DNA of 64,000 bases from Schizochytrium sp. TIO01 (Eukaryota > Protista > Bigyra: Labyrinthulomycetes), in assembly GCA_004764695.1 (NCBI GenBank), contig SMSO01000033.1, forward strand, positions 2,170,001 to 2,234,000. The letters are read 5' to 3'. This document shows positions 20,266 through 28,975 of the stretch, in pieces (positions within the stretch are counted from its first letter, which is position 1; each line of letters opens with the position of its first letter). The notes beneath the pieces were generated by a model, which had not been told where the DNA came from, made no database searches, and saw only the letters and a program-made list of their open reading frames with translations. The translations under genes and the position numbers were made by a program.

Positions 20266-22902
20266 ATGCCTGCTGCTGCCTCCTTGCCAGGCTTGGACAC
20301 TCAACCTCCGCGAGATGCCTCTATGAATGTCTCTGCACGATCCAAGGAATATAAGCAGCAGGGGGGTACGCAGGAGGGTACACAGGAGGCAGCACAAGGC
20401 CAGCAAATCGTGGAGACTCATGGAAATGTGCTTGTACAAGGGACGCTCAATTCTGATAAAATCGTGTCTTCATCAAGAATGCATGCAATTTCGCCAGTGA
20501 CAGATATAGAGCTTCCTCCAGAAGGAAACCCTTCAATAAAAAATGAAACGCCTCTTATGACCTCGGGAAATCAAGCTACCTTAAGTAAGGAGAATATTAA
20601 TGGCACGCGTAAGATTGAAAGTCTTGGGCCATCATCTACAGCTGTAAGAAATCTTGATCAAAGGACCAAGGCATTTAGCTTGGAGGTAGCTCTTGGTAAT
20701 GGACGTACACCTCAATGGAGGATGATTATGGTCCAGGCAGCATGGAAACTAGATCAGCTTGTCGAGCATGCTTGTATTATATGTGGGGTTGACGACAATG
20801 ACGTGTTTACTCATCACCATCCAAAACTTTACTCAGTTCGCCTTCGACTTGACGAAGTAATATCTATCCGTCAACTAGAAGATGGCGACAAAATATTGCT
20901 TTGCCCTGATGGTGGTCTTCCTGTTCCTTATGTGGTTTTAGCAACAGGCAATAATCGTAGTGGCCAGCTTGGCCTTGGAGATTTCCAAGGGCGACATCAA
21001 ATTGCTCGTGTCGCTCAACCAATCCTACCTCTGTGTGGATTACAGGTGGTGCAAGTAGCTTGTGGAACCTGCCATACTCTTTTGTTAACAAAAGATGGTC
21101 AAGTTCTCTCTTTTGGCAATGGACGCAATGGTCGACTTGGGTACGATCTACCCTACTCAGTTGCAACCTCTTCTGACAATGGTTTCACCTCTCTGATGCA
21201 GAGTCCCCAACACCTAACCGATCAACAGCACTTGCAGTTAGCCCCGCGTCGTGTTGAATTCCCAGATGCAGTCAGGGTCCGGCATATATCATGTGGCAAT
21301 GCCTATTCAATGGTTGCAGCTTGTCCCCGTGCATCGCATGCCAAAGAAGGTAATATGCTGTTTGCGTTCGGCAGCGGTGGGCCCTGGCTTGGTCTAGGTA
21401 AGACACGTGGTGAAGATGTGATCAGACCTTCACTTGTTTGTGACCTGACTTTAGATGACAACGAAGCAATTCGAGAAATTGCCTGTGGACGTCAACACAC
21501 TTTGTGTTGTTCAACAAAGGGCAGATGCTGGTCATGGGGAAAAAACAATGATGATGGCAAGCTCGGACATGTTCTGACTTCCTCGCATGGAGAACCTATG
21601 TTTCTCACTCTAGATGAAATGAACAAAACTGTTTATGCAGACCAACGCCCCTCATTCGTAGGACTTCGAGTTTCTCGTTCAGCAGCGGTTGCTGCAGCAT
21701 CAAGCTCACCTATGGAGCAAACCATGAATTTAGTATCTAAACTACACATGCATGCCCTTGTCCCCGGTCAAAAGCTCCCCCGAGCTGAATTTGGGACATG
21801 CTTTCTTGCTGAAGGCCTCCTCACAGGTCTATTTGATGCACTAACAGGGGAAAACCTAGAAGCGCTCGAAGCCGAGCCAGATCATAATCCTCGAGCACAG
21901 AGCTTACTGTTTGTTCACGCAGATGAAGCCGATTCCCTCATACCACGTGTGATTGGTGTTTTACAAAGCTATGACATTGTTCACGTGGCAGCAGGACAAC
22001 ACCACTCCCTTTTTGTTTCTGCGGACGGGCTTTGTTTCGCTTGTGGAAGTAATCAAGTTGGCCAGCTTGGCCTTGGTGCGGATCTGCTTTCAGTTATGAC
22101 CCAAAGTCAGATTTCTGTGCCTTCCCTGGTCAATATACCAGTCAAAGTAAAAAGTGTGACTGCTGGGGCTTTTCATTCAGTTGCACTTGGCAAAAATAAT
22201 CGCGTATACACATGGGGGCATAGTGAGCTCATTGGTAGACCGGATGGTGATCCCTACATGCCTTCTGAAATCATGTTTGAGGGTGGACCTTTAGAGCTCG
22301 TGCGCTCAATGGCGGCCGGACAAAGCCATACTGTGCTAGTCACAGCCTTTGGCCACTGCATTGGCTTTGGAAGCAATAATTGCTGTCAACTTGGAACCTC
22401 GGAGCCGTCAAGCCTCATTGAGAGCCCATCTCTCATTGAGATGCCTCACCACGGTACAGATGCCTCTGGTAATAGCCAGGATAAGGCATGTAAAGCTAAA
22501 ACTGCATCTACTTTGAAAGATCTGCCACCAGGTACACCTGATTTTTCGGCTTTGGACCCTAAGAACGATGAGAATTTAATTATTACAGGTGTTGCCGCTG
22601 GTGGAGGCCTAGCTCCTGACACAGGACATACTGTATTGTTGAGTAGTTCACTCTTATTCTCTCGCCTTGCTCCATATGCTTTTAGCGGAAAAGGTCACTC
22701 CCAACAGTCGCATGCAGATGATCGCAGTTCTAACTTTCCGGCCCCCAAACAAGAAAAAGTCAATCGAAATTTTTGCGTAGCTTTGCAAAGTGCGTGGGTT
22801 CGCCCGAATTCGACACCTGTAAAATCTTCTAACAGTACCAGTGCCACAGCTACAGGAAAGACAGAAAATAATGATAACGATTCGACGTGTACTATGTCTT
22901 AG
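20266..22902 (+). CDS. RCC1-repeat beta-propeller protein with an N-terminal ubiquitin-like (KHA/DCX-like) domain
   Basis: Repeated RCC1 motifs: VACGTCHTLLL..GQVLSFGNGRNGRLG, IACGRQHTL..WSWGKN..GKLG, VAAGQHHSLF..GSNQVGQLG, AGAFHSVAL, AAGQSHTV..FGSNNCCQLG. First ATG at 20266. Confidence 0.9.
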   Translation: MPAAASLPGLDTQPPRDASMNVSARSKEYKQQGGTQEGTQEAAQGQQIVETHGNVLVQGTLNSDKIVSSSRMHAISPVTDIELPPEGNPSIKNETPLMTSGNQATLSKENINGTRKIESLGPSSTAVRNLDQRTKAFSLEVALGNGRTPQWRMIMVQAAWKLDQLVEHACIICGVDDNDVFTHHHPKLYSVRLRLDEVISIRQLEDGDKILLCPDGGLPVPYVVLATGNNRSGQLGLGDFQGRHQIARVAQPILPLCGLQVVQVACGTCHTLLLTKDGQVLSFGNGRNGRLGYDLPYSVATSSDNGFTSLMQSPQHLTDQQHLQLAPRRVEFPDAVRVRHISCGNAYSMVAACPRASHAKEGNMLFAFGSGGPWLGLGKTRGEDVIRPSLVCDLTLDDNEAIREIACGRQHTLCCSTKGRCWSWGKNNDDGKLGHVLTSSHGEPMFLTLDEMNKTVYADQRPSFVGLRVSRSAAVAAASSSPMEQTMNLVSKLHMHALVPGQKLPRAEFGTCFLAEGLLTGLFDALTGENLEALEAEPDHNPRAQSLLFVHADEADSLIPRVIGVLQSYDIVHVAAGQHHSLFVSADGLCFACGSNQVGQLGLGADLLSVMTQSQISVPSLVNIPVKVKSVTAGAFHSVALGKNNRVYTWGHSELIGRPDGDPYMPSEIMFEGGPLELVRSMAAGQSHTVLVTAFGHCIGFGSNNCCQLGTSEPSSLIESPSLIEMPHHGTDASGNSQDKACKAKTASTLKDLPPGTPDFSALDPKNDENLIITGVAAGGGLAPDTGHTVLLSSSLLFSRLAPYAFSGKGHSQQSHADDRSSNFPAPKQEKVNRNFCVALQSAWVRPNSTPVKSSNSTSATATGKTENNDNDSTCTMS

Positions 22903-23288
22903 TGGAGTTAATATAGAGTAAGGTGATTGATCCAGTGGTATAAGTAGACCTTATCACACAACAATAGTAAGGTATCATCCACTATAATGTAATATTTGTG
23001 TGAATTTGTTTCTTATTATGTATATATTTATAAGGAGTTCTCTTGAGTTAATATGAAATTGGTGGCGATGTTGTATTACGGGTCACATAATCATGGTTAT
23101 TTTCGGAGAGAATGGATAGTGCAAATCGACCAAGGCTGCGTATGTTGAGTACAAGATCCCCCCAAGATATAAGCACCAAAATATCTCTAACTTGCGCCAG
23201 ACCAGGACATATAGTACAAAGCAGTAAAAATTATTCACCGAAAGACCAAAACAAAGATGATAAAAAGTATTGTTACAAGAGTTTGCAC

Positions 23289-24374
23289 TCAGAGGATATC
23301 AAGAGCTAAGACGCCTTCAATCGAAGGTCTACGTTTGTCCTCGGGCACTGCGACACCAGTGACAATATCGAATTTCCGCATATTTGCTTGGTTGCGCCGT
23401 ACGCCCTTTGGACGAATGAAGTCACGAGCAAAGAGACGCTGATGTGTATTATGATTTTTCCCAGGTGCTGTTTCCACACGTCGTTTTGATTGGAACATCG
23501 GTGCGACGTCATTGCGGAGCTCTATTTCATCTACAGTCTGCAATTGCCCCGCGGACTGTGATTCTTTTAGGGAAATGATGTCAAAGCCTCGCCGCACGCG
23601 GCTGTCACTGTGAAATGAGATTGCATCCGAACGACGTTTGTGTGCTTCTGCAGTCTTTGCTCTGACGCGGTCTAACTGCCTTGCACGATCACCATAGATA
23701 GAAGAGTCCATATTATTTGGGGAGTCAATACCAAGTACACCATTGGGATAGCGATGCCGTAATGCATCCATAGCCCGTGCTCGGTCGGCTTGAGCTTTGC
23801 GAAATAGCTGCTTCGCCATAAGCGTCTTTTTCTCGAATTCATGAATGTTGCGACGTTCTTGAGGAGTGATGAGCCTATCTCCAATGTCATCCATTGAAAT
23901 CGGACGAGCCATCTGTGTGGTGCGGGGACACCCAACGCCCCTGTATGGGTGAAATTCTCCTTCTGTCTCGAGCGCCAGCTGGTGGCGATCACCAACAGGC
24001 TCTTGAAGCATGCGATCAATTTCATTGAAAAGCTCGGCATGTCTCGTCGCAATCAGCATATCAGCCCCATCCTTGCTGCGGTACTCAGGAGATCCCGAAC
24101 CAATGATACCGCCTTGGCCAGGTGGCTCCAGAAAGGTTACTGCACATGGGTCGCTGTGCACTGGGCCCCGACCTCGCGCGAGTGTGCCAACATCGAATGT
24201 AGTCTCTGCCTGAAGAGAGTATGAACCTTGGCGCTGGTCAAGATATTTGTCCAGAGCTTGTGCATGAACGACTTTATCTATCCTTTTGCGCTCTTTTCGA
24301 GCAGCCAAAAGTATAGATTTCCTTGAAGCACGCTCCATCGCTGAAGGCCTCTCGTTCTGCAGTTCCGAGCGCAT
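23289..24374 (-). CDS. Hypothetical basic, helix-rich protein of unknown function
   Basis: ~360-aa ORF with natural protein composition, convergent with the RCC1 gene. First ATG at 24374 (track start 24455 is TTG). No family recognised. Confidence 0.75.
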   Translation of the reverse strand: MRSELQNERPSAMERASRKSILLAARKERKRIDKVVHAQALDKYLDQRQGSYSLQAETTFDVGTLARGRGPVHSDPCAVTFLEPPGQGGIIGSGSPEYRSKDGADMLIATRHAELFNEIDRMLQEPVGDRHQLALETEGEFHPYRGVGCPRTTQMARPISMDDIGDRLITPQERRNIHEFEKKTLMAKQLFRKAQADRARAMDALRHRYPNGVLGIDSPNNMDSSIYGDRARQLDRVRAKTAEAHKRRSDAISFHSDSRVRRGFDIISLKESQSAGQLQTVDEIELRNDVAPMFQSKRRVETAPGKNHNTHQRLFARDFIRPKGVRRNQANMRKFDIVTGVAVPEDKRRPSIEGVLALDIL

Positions 24375-25186
24375 CCTGGGTACGACGCAGCTGCAACAAT
24401 GTGGTAATTCGTTCCAACCTAGGTTTGTAGATGATCTGGCCACTACCTCCTTCAATTCTATTTCAGTTTAGAGTAACTCCGACAGCCCTTTTTTCTTGTG
24501 AGCTCTTTGCGTAAACTGTTAAGGCTCTAGTTTCTTCAACTTTTACTAGCCTTAGGCAACCGGCCTTGTGCAAGACTCGCAAGTTTGCGGTCGCTCACAG
24601 TGGCCAGTCCTAGGGTGCGTAGCTCACGCGATGTCTATGATCTTGTCAATTAATCACGAATCCCTCGCACCTGAAGAGGAATTCCACCGTGTGCATTGCC
24701 ATGAGCAAGAGTCTCCTCTATGCTCAGTTAGATCATATTAGTAGTCGTTCGATTTTATTACCTAGGTACACACCTTAACCGGATATATTGAGCACAATTC
24801 TTCAAGTGTCAGCTTTCTGCTTTTTTTTCTCTTTCCTCCCTCCCTACCATTTCACTTATCTAAATTTATGAAGAGTACAAGAAACAATAATTATGCAATA
24901 GCAAAAAGGTGATGTGGTGGAAGCCGACTAGTTCATACGTGCCTTCTCAGGGTTTCTTGGGGAAGGGGTGTTGTATCACGAAATTATTGGTATGTTTGGC
25001 CTTCATTATTATTAAAAAAAACACACACACAAATGTAAAAATTGTAGTGAAATGGAGCCTGACAATCTTTGGCCAAGATACTCTTAAATACTTTGATTTG
25101 ATTATTGAAGTAAAGAATAATGGACAATGAACGAGAAAAGGCAGAATGGATAGTGTAGTAGGAATTCTAGTGTGAATTCAGAAGTC

Positions 25187-26434
25187 TTACTTTTTGGCTT
25201 GGAAAAACTGGCTGATGCTTTTTTGAGAATGGTCTGTGACAGGAGGCTTCGGAGCTTGAACGCGATTTGAAGACGCATTATGAGCTTTTGAGGAGTTGGA
25301 TGAAGATGGCAACGTATGAACAGGTTTAGGGAAATCAGGGGCCAGAAATTCGAGGGCTTCAGGGCCTTTCACGATGGCTTTGCGGAAGTGCCGGAAAGCA
25401 ATTGTCTTACGTTTCGGCTCAACATTGCGAAACGTTTGCATGGCAGCGTACTCAAGGAATAGCTCTGTGGCCTTGGCAATTGCTGTAGCGGCATCCTTTG
25501 AGGCCCTCTTGACGTCGTTATCCCTCCTTACAATACGTGAAATGACAGACAGGGGTAGTTGCAGAGCACAGGAGTCATTTGCAGAGCCAGAGGCGCTTTT
25601 ATTTACTTCCATAGAGCCACCTGCTTCAATGTACGCCTTAAGATCATGGTCGTAGGTCTCCTTCTCCTTGGCAGCCAGGTCAACAAAGGGTTGCTTTTCC
25701 TCATCCGTCATTGCGCGCCACTGTGAGGCAAAATACTTTGTGACATCGCTGATCTTTGTGCAACCTTCTGGGAGATCATTCTCAGAAACAGATTGACGCT
25801 TGGAATCTAGAAACTGAAAGTAGCTTGACTTGGGGCGTTTAGGGCGTGGCGGCAACGCTGGGTTGTCCTCACCTTCAACGTGCTCTTGGTCACTAGTTTG
25901 CATCACTTCAGCCTCATCCACATTCCCGCCTTGATGCTCTTCTTGCCCCCCTTCTTCCATGTCTTCCTCCACGTCTCCCTCCACATCTTCTTCTTCTTCT
26001 TCTTCTTCTTGACGATCTTCATCTGCTGCCTCGCCCTCATCATCTTCATCATTATCATTTTTGGCGGTGTTATTCTCAGCAGAATCCACAGCATTATCAG
26101 AGAGTTTTAAGGAAAGGTCTTCCTCTGGCTCTTGGGCATTCTCAGGTGACATCTTGTGTTTTTTTGCTGGATTGGAGATATCTTCATCTTCGTTTACATC
26201 ATTCTTGCGGTCTGATTCTTGTACATTTTCTTCATCTTCAGAACTAGGTTGCGAGCGTTTTCTCGAGGACTTCGCTTCGCTTTCCGAGACCCTATCAGCC
26301 TGATCGCCATCAGTATCAGCGTCCTTCCCCATGTCGCACTGCTCTACTTCATTATCTTTTCCAGAAGGGCTTCTCACCTCGAGGTTTTGACCTTCTTCGT
26401 GCGGCTTGTCATTGCCAACTTCGGCTGAAGACAT
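25187..26434 (-). CDS. Acidic N-terminus + HMG box + H2A-like histone-fold (POLE4/CHRAC1/NF-YC family) protein with C-terminal PIP box
   Basis: HMG box PKRPKSSYFQF...WRAMTDEEKQPFVDLAAKEKETY; histone fold LPLSVISRIVRRDNDV...IAKATELFL...KRKTI....F..AI....LEFL; C-terminal QKSISQFF. Confidence 0.9.
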   Translation of the reverse strand: MSSAEVGNDKPHEEGQNLEVRSPSGKDNEVEQCDMGKDADTDGDQADRVSESEAKSSRKRSQPSSEDEENVQESDRKNDVNEDEDISNPAKKHKMSPENAQEPEEDLSLKLSDNAVDSAENNTAKNDNDEDDEGEAADEDRQEEEEEEEDVEGDVEEDMEEGGQEEHQGGNVDEAEVMQTSDQEHVEGEDNPALPPRPKRPKSSYFQFLDSKRQSVSENDLPEGCTKISDVTKYFASQWRAMTDEEKQPFVDLAAKEKETYDHDLKAYIEAGGSMEVNKSASGSANDSCALQLPLSVISRIVRRDNDVKRASKDAATAIAKATELFLEYAAMQTFRNVEPKRKTIAFRHFRKAIVKGPEALEFLAPDFPKPVHTLPSSSNSSKAHNASSNRVQAPKPPVTDHSQKSISQFFQAKK

Positions 26435-27907
26435 CTTACGTTATGCTGGCCACTTGCGTCGAATCAAACAATAAACACCACAGTCCAAAATTCCACTGTA
26501 GAGCTCCAATTCTATCACCTCGCTTGGAGCAAGGTTCGGCAATGAGTCTCGATCAACGTTGATTTGGCAGCCCCGTCGAGCTCTCGCTTCTTGTGCTCTC
26601 GCTTCTCTTGCTCATGCTGGGTTTCGAGCTCCGTTCTAACTACCGCATATACTCCTAATATAACCTCCAAAGAAGCATCTCAATCATGAGTTATAATCCC
26701 CGCATAGGTGTATTAAAGAACTAATTTTAAAATATAAATAGTTCTATACTATACCCAATTACCGGTTATTATACCGTATTTAATAGATCTCAAGGTGCAT
26801 TAAAGAACAAGCTACATTTACAGAGCGTATAAACTTCCGCAAAGCCCCCTTCGCCCGTGTGCACAGGCAAATGTCCCCTTAGCTCGGCTCCAGGCCTGCG
26901 CTCGGCCGCAGCAAGATTGCAGATGTAGTCATCAACTTTCAGCGCCTCCCATCAGCATCTCTCCCATTTCCCCTTCAGCTCCTCTGCTACAGCTACAGCC
27001 CGTGTCCCGTGCCCGCTTCCTGCCTCGATGCTAATCGTGCCTCGGTAGGTGTTTGGTTTGCTTTCTTACTCACTTGCTTACATGCACAAAACATGCCTGG
27101 GAACCAGAGCTTTCTATTAGATTGATTAGATGTCACAGAGGCACGCACCTCGAAGATCATGTACTACGCATTGCATCGCATTGCATTGCATTGAGTTGCG
27201 TTTCGCCTTACAGCTCCAAGGTCGCACCTCGGCCTCGACCTCCACCTCGTCGAAGCATCAGGCCTCGAGCAACGCCACGCAACGCAACGCCACGCAACGC
27301 AACGCAAGAAAGAAAGATAGATAGAAAGAAAGGCCTTTCGTTCTACTCAGACAGAACTGCGAGCGCCCCGCAGTTTGGAGACAGACAGACAAATGCCACA
27401 AACGAAACGAGACCAGAATCCATCTTTCATGGATCACGCCTTTCTGATAGCAATAGTAGGCAACATTAGCCTGCTATGATATGATATCTATCTATCCTAA
27501 CGAGGATGGTGTAATGATGTAAAACGTTATAGGCATCATTTGTGGATCTAAGGAGATCGCAGAGGTCAGTCAACTGGATGGGTCAATTCTTAGGATCGAG
27601 GAGGTGCTCAAGGAGCTCGAAAGGGGCTCAAGTTCTTGGTTTACGGAGTGACATGCATCGTGGCACCCGTTTGACCAGGACTTGGGGAGGGCCACGAGCG
27701 GTCTTCACCCACTGCGTCAACGATGGGGTATTTATTTACTCATTCATTCATTCATTCATTCATTTATTCGTTTGCATGACCTCGGGAACCAGCCCTAGAA
27801 ATTCATTGAACTGACTGAACGAGGCTCTACCTAAGCTTAACTATAGGAGTGTGCCGTCAAGGATATGCTGCTTATTACTAGGAGCCTAGGCGCGTACTAG
27901 TACTACC

Positions 27908-28975
27908 TAGGTGGGTGCGAGTTGTGGATTTTACACGTACAAAATAACCTCAAATGCGTGTAATTCATGCCGAAGGGCAGTGCTAGCGACTTACGAAAGC
28001 TCTTTACTCCGCAGCAGCGATCGGTCTGTCTGATCTCAGCCGGCGAGGCTGGCCTGGGGCAAGGCGGTGTACTGGAATTGGCGCTTTCGTAAGGCACTCT
28101 TGAAAAGAATCCGAATAAGCCGCTCGTCTTATAATCATGGGGGACATCGGTGGCAACTTATTAAGCGACTCGGGTGGCGTGCAATGAAAGACCCGCCCGG
28201 TAGTAGTAGACCATTCCCAATAAGCCTATTCCCACCTACCTAAAACAGTAGCCACCCTCCGCATCATATTGTCACCTCAACATCAACATACCAAGTTTCA
28301 AGACAAACGATTCACAAATCAGAGTCAAAGTCAGACAGAACTCCAAACAAAGCCAGGGAAAGCTGCCTCCGCCTGCAGCGTAATGGCTTCCTAGTTGCCA
28401 GGGTCTTTTCTTCCCTTCCCGCTAACACAGCGACCTATGGGGCCTGTACTTATTTATATCAGCAAATGCAATGTCTTCCCGTCGGTCGCGACTTTTTGGC
28501 CATCGCGTGGCTCGGACGCCCTTAGAGTTACCAGTAGCCGCTGCTACGCCTACGCAATGGCCAGAACCCATCCATGTAAAGCCGAACCCAGGCTCCTGCG
28601 CAGGCACGATTCCGCACACAGAATCCCAGCTCGTCAGAGGAAACCTCATGAGCAGGGAGCCCGGATCTTGAGCGGAGGGCTGTGGCTCTTCCCAGTCCCT
28701 CTCAGGCCCACGCTCACAATGGGATCGAGCGTCTCCGAAGAGAAGCTGAAGAACTCCTGCCTTGCAAGAGCTCGCGCCTGTTAACACTGTAACTAAACGA
28801 AAGCCCTTAGCACTCGTCTACACACCTGTAGCGCCCACGTCACGGTGGTCACCGTGCCGGCCGTGTCTTGTGCGGTCTGCACCACTTCCCGCGGTAATTA
28901 ACAAGTCAATCCAGGCCTATGCATTAATTAGGCTAAGCGGCGCCTATTGCCATCTAGCACCCGCATAGATGCCTC
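27908..28975 (+). ncRNA. Candidate large structured non-coding RNA, family unassigned
   Basis: Dense nested helices, e.g. perfect 11-bp CTTACGAAAGC(27990-28000)/GCTTTCGTAAG(28083-28093), plus many hairpins. Mismatches repeatedly resolve as G-U on the + strand. No credible ORF and no microsatellites. Boundaries approximate. Confidence 0.55.

Noticed and set aside
28186-28450. RNase MRP/P interpretation (GAAAGACCC, GGGAAAGC, GGGGCC)
   Set aside because: The CR-I and CR-V partners do not give the canonical P4 pseudoknot pattern by eye; left for an Infernal search to decide.
28746-28810. CTGAAGA...CGAAA resembling a hammerhead ribozyme core
   Set aside because: Stems II and III cannot be formed with the required closing pairs.
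27915-28880. Group II intron interpretation (GTGCG start, AGC-containing bulge)
   Set aside because: No convincing 34-nt domain V or domain VI/AY end, and no interrupted host gene or RT ORF.
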